Assembly (NCBI GenBank): GCA_964440475.1
Contig: CAYTSC010000002.1
Span: 11,140 to 54,819, forward strand
DNA from: an uncultured Muribaculaceae bacterium
GTDB lineage: Bacteria; Bacillota_I; Bacilli_A; RF39; UBA660
Length of the DNA stretch: 43,680 nucleotides
Reading direction: 5' to 3'
Positions 1-9,004 of the stretch are shown piece by piece; position 1 is the first letter of the stretch, and each line of letters begins with the position of its first letter. Made by a program: the position numbers and the translations under genes. A model generated the notes under the pieces. It was not told the DNA's origin and did no database searches. It was given only the letters and a program-made list of their open reading frames with translations.

Positions 1-1046
1 TGTAATGGATCTATTGCATCATACTCAATTGCATATGCGTATTTAGTTATTTTTGCATTTTCTAAGCCAATAAGACTATGAACCATTTTTTCTTGAATAT
101 CCTCTGGCATACTAGTTGATAGTCCTTGTAAATACATTTCATCATAATAAATACTTTCTGGTTCCAAAAACAATTGATGTCTTTCTTTTTCTTTAAACCT
201 AACTATTTTATCTTCTACAGATGGACAATATCTTGGCCCTATACCGGTAACATATCCACCATACATACTTGATTTTTCTAAATTATCATTTATTATTTTA
301 TGGGTTTTTTCATTTGTATAAAACAAATAACAACTCTCTTGCTTTTCTATGTCATATGGTTTATTATCATCAAAACTAAAATATAGATGCCTTTTTTCCC
401 CTTTTTCCTCTTTTAATTTAGAAAAATCCACTGTTTTTCGATCAATTCTTGGTGGGGTTCCTGTTTTTAACCTTTGAATTTCAAATCCTAACTCTTTTAA
501 TTTATCACTCAAAAAATTAGATCTTTTTTCTCCGTGAGGACCCGAATCTTTTTTACTATCACCAATTAATATTGTACTTTTTAAATATGTTCCAGTTGTT
601 AAGATAAGTATTTTACAATTAAATTTCTCGTTTTTAGAGCTAATTACACCTTTAACTATTTTATTTTCAATAATAATATCTTCAATCATGGTTTCAATTA
701 AATCTAAATTCTTTACACTCTTAATAAATTTTAACATTTCTTTTGAATAGGTTATTTTATCTGCTTGAGCTCTTAAAGATTGAACAGCGGGACCCTTTCC
801 GGAATTTAACATCTTTATTTGAATATGACTTTTATCTGCAATTTTCCCCATTATACCACCAAGGGCATCTATTTCTCTTACAACGATTCCTTTTGCGGTT
901 CCTCCAATTGAAGGATTACAAGCTAAATCTGCAATATTTTCAATATTGCTTGTTAATAACGCTGTTTTATATCCTAATTTACTACTTGCATATGCTGCTT
1001 CACAACCCGCGTGACCGGCACCTACAACAATTACATCATAATCCAT
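1..1046 (-). CDS. mnmG: tRNA uridine 5-carboxymethylaminomethyl modification enzyme MnmG (GidA), N-terminal part; the 3' end lies beyond the window edge
   Basis: Not in the ORF track because it runs off the window. Reverse-strand translation from the ATG (complement of 1044-1046) reads MDYDVIVVGAGHAGCEAAYASSKLGYKTALLTSN... (FAD-binding GxGxxG) and stays open to position 1. A GGAAGA SD lies upstream. It sits directly downstream of mnmE. Confidence 0.9.
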   Translation of the reverse strand, partial: MDYDVIVVGAGHAGCEAAYASSKLGYKTALLTSNIENIADLACNPSIGGTAKGIVVREIDALGGIMGKIADKSHIQIKMLNSGKGPAVQSLRAQADKITYSKEMLKFIKSVKNLDLIETMIEDIIIENKIVKGVISSKNEKFNCKILILTTGTYLKSTILIGDSKKDSGPHGEKRSNFLSDKLKELGFEIQRLKTGTPPRIDRKTVDFSKLKEEKGEKRHLYFSFDDNKPYDIEKQESCYLFYTNEKTHKIINDNLEKSSMYGGYVTGIGPRYCPSVEDKIVRFKEKERHQLFLEPESIYYDEMYLQGLSTSMPEDIQEKMVHSLIGLENAKITKYAYAIEYDAIDPL

Positions 1047-1056
1047 AATACTCTTC

Positions 1057-2418
1057 CTATTTTCCTAAGCAAAATTGACTAAATAATTGATCTAAAAGCT
1101 CTTCTTGATAAGAATCTCCTATCAATTCCCCCAAAATATCCCATGTTTTTTTAAGATCAATTCCGACAATATCAATTGGCATTTCATCTAATAATGCTTT
1201 TTCGGCCATTAATATACTATTTTTTGCATCTTTTATCAACGATATTTGACGAGCATTGGATAAATATGTTAAATCTTTACTTGGAATTTTTTCTACATTA
1301 AATATTTCAACTATTTTTTGCTTTAATAAGTCTAAGCCATTTTCATCTAGCGTGTTACCTTCTACAACAATATATTTTTCTAAATATTCATTTCTAAGTT
1401 TTTTCTCTAAATCAGATTTATTGATAAAGATAAAGAAATTTTTAGATTTTAACATTTCTAATATTTCTAAATCGTCAGTAGATAAAATTGTATTGTTATC
1501 CAAAACAAAAATAACTAAGTCACTATTTTTCAAAGCATCTATACTTCTTAAAACTCCTATTTTTTCGACTTTATCTTCTGTTTCCCTTATTCCTGCAGTA
1601 TCAATAAAATTAATCAATATTCCATTAATAATTATTTTTCCTTCAACAATATCTCGTGTTGTACCGGCTATTTCTGTTACTATTGCTTTTTGTTCCTCGA
1701 TTAAATTATTAAGAATACTACTTTTTCCAACATTTGGTTTTCCTACAAGAGCTACATTTATTCCATTTCTTATAATTTTGCCATTCTCAGAATTAATAAT
1801 CATTTCTTCGATTTGAGATTTAATTTGAGATAATTTTGATTTTATTAAGTCGTTTGTTAGTTGTTCAAAGTCTTCATATTCTGGATAATCTATATTTACT
1901 TCAATATTAGCTTGGATTTCTAATAATTCTTGTCTTATTTTTTTTATTTTTGCGGATAATTTACCATCTATCTGATTTATTGCTAAATTGCTTGCTCTTT
2001 CTGTTTCGGCAAAAATTAAATCACTTATTGCTTCTGCTTCGATTAAGTCTATTCTTCCATTCAAATATGCTCTTTTAGTAAATTCTCCTGGTTCAGCTAG
2101 TTTACAGCCTTTATTTAATAATATCTGAAGAATTTTATTTGTAACTGCAATTCCACCATGACAATTTATTTCTACTACATCTTCTTTGGTAAAAGTTTTT
2201 GGTGACTTCATAACTGTTACTAATACTTCATCTATCTTTTCCTTTTTATCTAATATATACCCATAATTAACTGTATGTGTTTTTGCTTTTGTTAAGTCCG
2301 AGGAAAAAATTGAATTTACTATTTCAATTGCTTTATCACCACTAATTTTTATTATTGATATTGCGCCTACCCCTGGTGCAGTTGCAATTGCGCATATTGT
2401 TTTTTCCATAGATTTCAC
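1057..2418 (-). CDS. mnmE: tRNA modification GTPase MnmE (TrmE/ThdF)
   Basis: 453-aa ORF with G1 motif GKPNVGKSS, DTAGIRE, NKSD and the C-terminal CLGK tetrapeptide typical of MnmE. Lies in the conserved jag-mnmE-mnmG context. Confidence 0.95.
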   Translation of the reverse strand: MKSMEKTICAIATAPGVGAISIIKISGDKAIEIVNSIFSSDLTKAKTHTVNYGYILDKKEKIDEVLVTVMKSPKTFTKEDVVEINCHGGIAVTNKILQILLNKGCKLAEPGEFTKRAYLNGRIDLIEAEAISDLIFAETERASNLAINQIDGKLSAKIKKIRQELLEIQANIEVNIDYPEYEDFEQLTNDLIKSKLSQIKSQIEEMIINSENGKIIRNGINVALVGKPNVGKSSILNNLIEEQKAIVTEIAGTTRDIVEGKIIINGILINFIDTAGIRETEDKVEKIGVLRSIDALKNSDLVIFVLDNNTILSTDDLEILEMLKSKNFFIFINKSDLEKKLRNEYLEKYIVVEGNTLDENGLDLLKQKIVEIFNVEKIPSKDLTYLSNARQISLIKDAKNSILMAEKALLDEMPIDIVGIDLKKTWDILGELIGDSYQEELLDQLFSQFCLGK

Positions 2419-2451
2419 CTCGGGTAATATTATATCATGAAAAAAGGAAGA

Positions 2452-3081
2452 TTATTCATCTTCCTCTTCTGTTTCTTTATATTTTATTACTACATATCTA
2501 TTAGGTTCTTCTCCCTCACTTGTTGTATAGATATTTTTAAAATTGGTTAAACAATTATGAACAATTCTTCTTTCGTAAGAATTCATATTTTCTAAAGATG
2601 CATCCATCTTTGTGTTAACAACTTCTTTAGCTGTTCTTTTTGCTAAACTTTCGAGATAGTTTTCCTGTTTTTCTTTATAATTTTCTACATCTAAGGTAAA
2701 GAACGGATACATTCCAACTTCATTGTAAATAGTTTGCTTTATTATCATTTGCAATGACTCAAGAGTTTTACCATTTTTTCCTATCAATATAGAATTCCTA
2801 TCTGAATACATTGTTATATTTATTTTGTTATTTCTAATTTTCGTTTCAAAGGTAGTTTGAATATCCATTTGATTTAATATAACAATTAATTTTTCTTTAA
2901 TAAATTCACTTATATCAGATAGCTTTGCAACCTCAATTTTTATTCCACCTGATTTAAATAGACCACCTTTAGTTTCTTCCTTTTTATATACTATGTCTGT
3001 TTCTTTCAAGTTTAATGTTTCGTATGCCAATGTAAGTGCATCTTCTAAAGTTTTTCCTTCAAATGTTTCTATATTTATCAT
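2452..3081 (-). CDS. jag: Jag/KhpB-type RNA-binding protein (KH + R3H domains)
   Basis: 209 aa with a KH-like core (ILIGKNGKTLESLQ) and an R3H region (SYERRIVHNCL). Conserved position between yidC and mnmE. Confidence 0.85.
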   Translation of the reverse strand: MINIETFEGKTLEDALTLAYETLNLKETDIVYKKEETKGGLFKSGGIKIEVAKLSDISEFIKEKLIVILNQMDIQTTFETKIRNNKINITMYSDRNSILIGKNGKTLESLQMIIKQTIYNEVGMYPFFTLDVENYKEKQENYLESLAKRTAKEVVNTKMDASLENMNSYERRIVHNCLTNFKNIYTTSEGEEPNRYVVIKYKETEEEDE

Positions 3082-3083
3082 TT

Positions 3084-4016
3084 TTATTGCCCCCTTTTCA
3101 TAATAATACTTTGAATAGCTCCAAATGCATTAGTTGTAATCCAATATAATGCTATTGCTGATGGTAGGCTAAATGATGCAAATGTTATAAATACTAACAT
3201 AAATATAACCATGTATTTTGATTGTTTTTCTTGATCTGATTGGCCTCCCGAAGTTGCTTTTAACGTATCTCTCATTGAAAAATATGTTGATAATATAATT
3301 AGTAATACTAATAATATATAAATATAATTTCCACTTTTTATACCTACTAAAGGATTAGTTCCCAATTGTAATGTAAGCAACTTTTCCTCAAAAATTGCTG
3401 GTACTCTATTTATTGCTTCTAAGAAAGCAAAAAACAACGGTAATTGGAGCAATGATACAAGACAACCTGACATTGGATTAATACCATGCTTTTTATATAT
3501 TAGACTGGTTTCCTGACTTTTAGCTAATATATCTTCTCTTTCGTTTTTATCTTTGTATTTTTTTTCAATTTTATCTAATTCTGGTCTCATTTCTTTTAAT
3601 TTTTGAGATTGTTCTAAAGTTTTTTTAGATAATGGCATAAGAGCTATTCTAATTAGTAAACCTATTAACATCACTGATATACCATAGTTTTTTACAAAAT
3701 TTCCAACTGTTAATATTGTCCAAGCTAATGGCTTTACAAAAACAGATTCCCAAATTCCGACATATTTTAGATCATTAGGTTTAAAATTATTACACGCTGG
3801 TAACTTATCAAGTTTAACTGCCAACTTATCAGAGTTTTCTTCATATATTTTAATAAGTTCCTTATTTGTTGGTTTACATAATATGTTAGAAGTAATATTT
3901 TGACCTGTCTTTTCATATTTTATTATTTTTTTATTATCATCGCTTAAATATTTTGTACAACCGCTTATTAATATAAACATTACTAATAAAAGCATTATCT
4001 TAGTTTTCTTTTTCAT
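3084..4016 (-). CDS. yidC: membrane protein insertase YidC/SpoIIIJ (lipoprotein type)
   Basis: 310 aa with an N-terminal lipobox (LISGC), multiple TM segments and a basic C-terminus. Located downstream of rnpA as in Firmicutes. Confidence 0.9.
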   Translation of the reverse strand: MKKKTKIMLLLVMFILISGCTKYLSDDNKKIIKYEKTGQNITSNILCKPTNKELIKIYEENSDKLAVKLDKLPACNNFKPNDLKYVGIWESVFVKPLAWTILTVGNFVKNYGISVMLIGLLIRIALMPLSKKTLEQSQKLKEMRPELDKIEKKYKDKNEREDILAKSQETSLIYKKHGINPMSGCLVSLLQLPLFFAFLEAINRVPAIFEEKLLTLQLGTNPLVGIKSGNYIYILLVLLIILSTYFSMRDTLKATSGGQSDQEKQSKYMVIFMLVFITFASFSLPSAIALYWITTNAFGAIQSIIMKRGQ

Positions 4017-4329
4017 TTAATTTCTCCTTTAACATTTTTTCTATTTCAAAAAAAGTAGCTAATTTACTTCTTTCTTTAACAATTATAATATAATCTCGCT
4101 TCTTTTGGAACAAGTTTTTATTTAAAGTTATAATATTCCAATATTTTCTTTTGTATTTATTTCTTATTACTGCATTTCCTATTTTTTTACCCACAGCAAG
4201 TCCAAACTTTGGTTGTATTTCTTCCTTTTCAATGAAAAACATGTTAAAAAAAGGAGATTTAATTATATTTCCCTTTTCGATTATCTTATTAAAATATATA
4301 TTATCTTTTATTTTTTGATGTTTTTTCAT
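4000..4329 (-). CDS. rnpA: ribonuclease P protein component
   Basis: The ORF track gives 4000..4341. The ATG at 4327-4329 (MKKHQKIKDN...) is preceded by a GAGGA SD that contains the upstream ATG, so the shorter start is preferred. Small basic protein overlapping the yidC start by 17 nt. Confidence 0.8.
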   Translation of the reverse strand: MKKHQKIKDNIYFNKIIEKGNIIKSPFFNMFFIEKEEIQPKFGLAVGKKIGNAVIRNKYKRKYWNIITLNKNLFQKKRDYIIIVKERSKLATFFEIEKMLKEKLNEKEN

Positions 4330-4424
4330 TTTAATCCTCATCCCGATAAATACACATTAATTATATATTATTACAAACATTTAAGCAATTAATTAAATCT
4401 TTTATTTTTTTAAACATATAAACA

Positions 4425-4584
4425 TGTTCAAAAAAACATTGTTGAAATTTATTTTGTTCAAATTGTTGAAAACTTTTTTAACTTAGGTTATTATATAAAA
4501 TATCATTTTTTTATTGTTCATAACTTGTTTATTGTTGATTATTAAACATTATATTGCTTTTATTATTAACTAAATTGTTGTAAA
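4425..4584. promoter_or_regulatory. putative oriC / dnaA-promoter region with same-strand TGTT-core DnaA-box-like repeats
   Basis: Repeats: TGTTCAAAA 4425, TGTTGAAAT 4440, TGTTCAAAT 4455, TGTTGAAAA 4464, TGTTCATAA 4515, TGTTGATTA 4533, TGTTGTAAA 4576. The best copies match TGTGGATAA (reverse complement of TTATCCACA) at 7/9, and all have T instead of G at position 4. No box with 1 mismatch or fewer is present. Confidence 0.35.
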
Positions 4585-4617
4585 ATGAATGTAGAAAAAA
4601 TAGTTGTGGGGTGTTTT

Positions 4618-5991
4618 ATGAGTAACGATTTATTATGGCAAAATTTTATAAACGATATTGAAAATAAAGTTTCTTTCGTGTCTTTTAATACATGGTTTAA
4701 AGATATAAAACTCCATAGTATAGATATTAGTACAGTTAAAATAGAAGTCCCTATAAACTTTAATAAAAAACATCTAGAAAAAAATTATAATGAAATTGTT
4801 GAAGACATATTTCTGAATTTAACTGGGAAAAATTATATTATTGAATTTATTAGTGGAGAAGAATTACAAAATATTAATAATAATGAAGATTTAAGCGAGG
4901 AAAATGATTTTTTTTCTAATGATAATATTGGGGAAAATTTTAATTCAAATCTAAATCCTAGTTATACTTTTGACAATTTTATGATAGGTGAATCTAATAA
5001 ATTTGCCTATTCTTCAGCTTTAACTGTTGCACAAAATCCTGGTAATTTATATAATCCTTTGTTCATACATGGGAAAAGCGGTTTAGGGAAAACTCATTTA
5101 ATGCAAGCAATTGGTAATTATATTATTAGTAATTCTAATTTAAAAGTTTTATACGTAACTAGCGATCAATTCAGAGAGGAATTTGTTGATATGAATACTA
5201 CAAATTCAAATAACAATAATAATATTGATTATATGAATGCTTTTAAAAGTAAATATAGAAATATTGATGTTCTAATAATTGATGATATACAATTTTTTAG
5301 CGGTGCAGAAAAGACTAGACAAGAATTTTTTCATACATTTGAATATCTAAAAAATGCCAATAAACAAATCATTATTAGTTCCGATCGTTCTCCTGATGAT
5401 CTAAAATTTTTAGAAGATAGATTAAAAACAAGATTTAGTTGGGGATTAACGGTAAATGTTTTTCCTCCAGAACATGCTTTAAAAATGAAAATTATAAAAG
5501 ATAAAGTAAAAAATTTAGAAGTATTAAAATTTATTGATGATGATGTTATAGAATACATTGCAAATAATAGTGAAAACGATGTTAGACATTTAGAAGGTTC
5601 AATCACAAGATTAATGGCATATTCAGCAATGATGAATTACAAAAATATTAATTTAGAGTTTGCAATTGAAGCATTACAAGATCATTTAAAGAAAAATAAT
5701 TATTTAAAGAGTAATATAAGTAAAATACAAAAAGCCGTTGCAAATTATTATGGAATTACCATAGAGGATATGAAAAGTAAAAAAAGAAACGCTGAAATTA
5801 ATTATCCAAGACAAATAGCAATATATCTATCACGAATGATTACTGATGAAACTACAAATAAAATAGGTTTAGAATTCGGAGGTAAAAGTCATTCAACAGT
5901 TATTCATTCATGTCAAAAAATAGCAGATGAATTAAAAAATAATCCAGAATTAAATGTAATGATTAATGAAATAAAAAATAAAATTAATTAA
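4618..5991 (+). CDS. dnaA: chromosomal replication initiator protein DnaA
   Basis: AAA+ Walker A GKSGLGKTHL, Walker B LIIDDIQF, and C-terminal DNA-binding signature GGKSHSTVIHS. The ORF opens at 4585, but ATG 4618 (MSNDLLWQNF...) follows a GGGGTG SD and matches typical DnaA N-termini. Confidence 0.95.
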   Translation: MSNDLLWQNFINDIENKVSFVSFNTWFKDIKLHSIDISTVKIEVPINFNKKHLEKNYNEIVEDIFLNLTGKNYIIEFISGEELQNINNNEDLSEENDFFSNDNIGENFNSNLNPSYTFDNFMIGESNKFAYSSALTVAQNPGNLYNPLFIHGKSGLGKTHLMQAIGNYIISNSNLKVLYVTSDQFREEFVDMNTTNSNNNNNIDYMNAFKSKYRNIDVLIIDDIQFFSGAEKTRQEFFHTFEYLKNANKQIIISSDRSPDDLKFLEDRLKTRFSWGLTVNVFPPEHALKMKIIKDKVKNLEVLKFIDDDVIEYIANNSENDVRHLEGSITRLMAYSAMMNYKNINLEFAIEALQDHLKKNNYLKSNISKIQKAVANYYGITIEDMKSKKRNAEINYPRQIAIYLSRMITDETTNKIGLEFGGKSHSTVIHSCQKIADELKNNPELNVMINEIKNKIN

Positions 5992-6019
5992 TAACAATTT
6001 AATTAACAATCTAATAACA
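5988..6019 (+). repeat. three tandem ~11-bp units (TTAATAACA / TAATTAACA / CTAATAACA cores) at the dnaA stop, in the dnaA-dnaN spacer
   Basis: The sequence reads ttaataacaattt aattaacaatc taataacataa. The cores at 5988, 6000 and 6011 are the reverse orientation of the TGTT-core motif found upstream of dnaA. Confidence 0.3.
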
Positions 6020-6130
6020 TAAAAAAGAATACCTTAAAACTGATTTTATCAAGGTTTGATGAGTTTTAAACATTATGAACCTTATAATAAAAGAAAATAA
6101 TAGAATTAAATAAAGAAAGAAGGAATAAAA

Positions 6131-7249
6131 ATGAAATTTTCTATTAACAAAAACTTACTATTTGAAAATCTACATTATGTAACAAAGGCAATATCACCTA
6201 AAAATATTATACCCGTATTAAATGGTATAAAATTTGAATTAACGAAGAAAGGTTTAGAATTAACAGCAAGTAACTCTGAATTAATAGTTTCTACTTTAAT
6301 AATTAAAAATGATATTAAAAATATTGAACAAGAAGGATTAGTTATTATTCAAAGTAATAATATATTAGATATTATTAAAAAAATGCCATCTGAAATTATT
6401 AACTTTGAACTTATTGAAGAAGCAAAAATATTAATTTCTACTGATAATAGTAAATATTATTTAAATTGTTTAAACTCTGATGATTATCCTATAATTAAGT
6501 TCGAAGAAAGTGAAACACCTATTAATATAGATGGGGATTTATTAAAAAAGATCATTAATCAAACTGTATTTGCTATATCAACACAAGAGTCAAGACCATT
6601 ATTAACAGGAATAAATTTTAAAATTAATGGTAATATTTTAGATTGCATTGCAACAGATTCATATAGATTAGCAAAAAAAACAATTAAATTAGATGTAATA
6701 ATAGAAGATTTAGTAAATATAGTTATTCCAGGAGAAAACATAAAAAAACTTATTGATATGATAACAGATGACAAAAGTGTAGAAATGCACATATTTAATA
6801 ATAAAATAATTTTTAAATATAAAAATATTATTTTTAAATCTAATTTACTAAATGGAACATATCCTGATACTACAAATTTAATACCAACAGAATTTGAAAT
6901 AATATTTAATTCTAATCTAAATGATTTTTATAATTCTATTGACAGAGCTTCATTATTAACACAAAATAAAGAAAAAAATACTGTAAGAATGATAACTTCT
7001 AAAAATAATTTATCTGTAACATCACTTTCGTCTGAATATGGAAAAGTAGAAGATACCATTTCTATTGAAAAAAATGATTCTAAAGATATTGAAATATCAT
7101 TTAGTTCTAAATATATGATGGAAGCATTAAGATCATTTGAAGATTTAAATATATTAGTATTGTTAAATAGCGATGTAAAACCAATAATTATTAAAAGTGA
7201 AACAGACGAAACATTAATTCAACTAATTTTGCCAATTAAAACATATTAA
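6131..7249 (+). CDS. dnaN: DNA polymerase III beta sliding clamp
   Basis: 372 aa in the conserved position after dnaA. Has a clamp-like N-terminus (MKFSINKNLL...AISPKNIIPVLNGIKF) and the C-terminal LILPIKTY. Confidence 0.95.
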   Translation: MKFSINKNLLFENLHYVTKAISPKNIIPVLNGIKFELTKKGLELTASNSELIVSTLIIKNDIKNIEQEGLVIIQSNNILDIIKKMPSEIINFELIEEAKILISTDNSKYYLNCLNSDDYPIIKFEESETPINIDGDLLKKIINQTVFAISTQESRPLLTGINFKINGNILDCIATDSYRLAKKTIKLDVIIEDLVNIVIPGENIKKLIDMITDDKSVEMHIFNNKIIFKYKNIIFKSNLLNGTYPDTTNLIPTEFEIIFNSNLNDFYNSIDRASLLTQNKEKNTVRMITSKNNLSVTSLSSEYGKVEDTISIEKNDSKDIEISFSSKYMMEALRSFEDLNILVLLNSDVKPIIIKSETDETLIQLILPIKTY

Positions 7250-7272
7250 AACACAGAAATGTGTTTTTTTTT
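7250..7272 (+). terminator. rho-independent terminator after dnaN
   Basis: AACACA-GAAA-TGTGTT hairpin followed by a T run (7266-7272). Confidence 0.7.
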
Positions 7273-7288
7273 GATAAAAATCTAGTGT

Positions 7289-7318
7289 TTCGCAAAAATT
7301 CGCAAAAATCCGTAAAAA
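7289..7318. repeat. three head-to-tail 10-bp A-tract units upstream of the comK-like gene
   Basis: TTCGCAAAAA (7289), TTCGCAAAAA (7299), TCCGTAAAAA (7309), with a related TTGATAAAAA at 7271. The middle unit supplies a -35-like TTCGCA 17 bp from TATGAT (7322-7327). Confidence 0.8.
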
Positions 7319-7356
7319 GAATATGATATAAGATTAGCAAGTCAGGGGGTGAAAAG

Positions 7357-7806
7357 ATGAATGAATATGAAATTAATATAGAAACACTAGCGATAGTGCC
7401 ATTTACATCACATAAATCAAAAGTTTATGAAAATGATAAAGTATTTATTGTTAATAAATCAGTAAATAAAATAATGGATGCTAGTTGTGAATTTTTTGGT
7501 AGTTCACTTGAAGGAAGACAAAAAGGAACTTCTAAGTTAATCGGAGTTACACATAAAGCTCCAATTATTGTAGAAGAAAGTAAAGAAATAATCTTTTTTC
7601 CAACAATGTCTCCAAGAGTAGAAACATGTGCTTGGATTTCATTAAAAAACATTGATAAAATATTAAAAAGAAATGAAAAGAATTTTATAGTTTTTAAAAA
7701 TAATACTATACTAGAATTGGATATTTCTTATGGAATAATCAATAATCAAGTTTTAAGAGCAACAAGATTAGAATCAGTATTAAGAAATAGAAAATTGATT
7801 GATTAA
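7357..7806 (+). CDS. comK: ComK-family protein (competence transcription factor homologue)
   Basis: 149 aa, collinear with B. subtilis ComK landmarks as I recall them: SCEFFGSSLEGRQKGT, HKAPIIV, IFFPTMSPRVETCAWIS, ISYGIINNQVLRA. Has its own SD (AGGGGG) and is flanked by terminators. Confidence 0.8.
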   Translation: MNEYEINIETLAIVPFTSHKSKVYENDKVFIVNKSVNKIMDASCEFFGSSLEGRQKGTSKLIGVTHKAPIIVEESKEIIFFPTMSPRVETCAWISLKNIDKILKRNEKNFIVFKNNTILELDISYGIINNQVLRATRLESVLRNRKLID

Positions 7807-7849
7807 TATCTACAAAAAACTTTATTTAAAACGATTTTAATGATATAAT

Positions 7850-7895
7850 AATTAATAGGTATAGGAGTACTAAAATACCTATTAATTTTATTTTA
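7850..7895 (+). terminator. rho-independent terminator after the comK-like gene
   Basis: 13-bp stem AATTAATAGGTAT (7850-7862) / ATACCTATTAATT (7875-7887) with a 12-nt loop, followed by T-rich sequence. Confidence 0.7.
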
Positions 7896-7915
7896 AGACG
7901 TTTTAGGGGGTAATA

Positions 7916-9004
7916 ATGGAAATATTGAATTTAAAACTAACGAATTTTAGAAATTTTAATAAAATAAAATTAAATTTTTCCAGTAACTTAAATTTAATAG
8001 TGGGTAATAATGGCTCCGGAAAGACTAACTTAATAGAATCTATAAATGTTTTAGCCTTAACAAGAACATTCAGAAATGTGTATGACTCAATATTAATAAA
8101 AGATGCAGAAGAAAAATCCATAATTGAAGCTGAAATAAAAACAAAAATAATTAATAAATTTAAAATAGAAATAACAAAAGAAGGAAAAAAAGCCCAAATC
8201 AATAGTACTAAAATAACAAAATTAAGTGATTATATATCAAAAATATTAATTGTTACATTTAGTTCAAATGATTTAAAGCTCATAAAAGATAGTCCAAGTA
8301 TTAGAAGAAAACTACTAAATATAGAAATATCACAAATTAATAATGTTTATTTGAAATATTTAAATGAATATAATAAAGTTCTTAAACAAAGAAATGCATA
8401 TTTAAAAACTTTATATACAAATAAAACACAAAGTTATGAATATTTACATATTTTAACAAATAAATTAATAGATTATGGATTAATAATTTATAATGAAAGA
8501 GTAAATTTTATTAATCTAATAAATGAAAATATAAGTGTAATTTATGAACAAATAACAAAAACAAAATTTTTATCAGTAAAATATAAATCAGATTATGAAA
8601 ATTATAATAAAGAAAAATTATTTAATAAATATGAAAAACAAATCGAAAAAGATATTATTTTAGGAAAAACCTCAATCGGAATTCATACAGATGATATAGA
8701 ATTTAATATAGAAAATAAAAATTTAAGAGAATATGGTTCAGAAGGTCAACAAAAAAACGCTATTATAGCATTGAAATTATCAGAAATATTAATAATAAAA
8801 AAACTAAAAAATGAAAATCCTATATTTTTAATTGATGATTTATATAGTGAGTTGGATAAATATAAAATAAGAAATATACTAGATTATTTAGATCCAAAAT
8901 TACAAACATTTATAACAGTTACAGATTTAAATAAGGTAAGTAAAAAAATAAGAGAAAATGCAAAAATTTATTATATAAAAGATGGAGAAGTGATAGAAAA
9001 ATGA
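7916..9004 (+). CDS. recF: DNA replication and repair protein RecF
   Basis: Walker [13 protein letters not shown]-like signature GSEGQQK, Walker B IFLIDD. Conserved position; ATGA overlap with gyrB. Confidence 0.95.
   Translation: MEILNLKLTNFRNFNKIKLNFSSNLNLIVGNNGSGKTNLIESINVLALTRTFRNVYDSILIKDAEEKSIIEAEIKTKIINKFKIEITKEGKKAQINSTKITKLSDYISKILIVTFSSNDLKLIKDSPSIRRKLLNIEISQINNVYLKYLNEYNKVLKQRNAYLKTLYTNKTQSYEYLHILTNKLIDYGLIIYNERVNFINLINENISVIYEQITKTKFLSVKYKSDYENYNKEKLFNKYEKQIEKDIILGKTSIGIHTDDIEFNIENKNLREYGSEGQQKNAIIALKLSEILIIKKLKNENPIFLIDDLYSELDKYKIRNILDYLDPKLQTFITVTDLNKVSKKIRENAKIYYIKDGEVIEK

Noticed and set aside
743-1048. Plus-strand 101-aa ORF inside the mnmG region.
   Set aside because: It lies antisense to a clearly conserved MnmG reading frame. 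The peptide is low-complexity and rich in F, L and Y, which is typical of antisense frames in AT-rich DNA.
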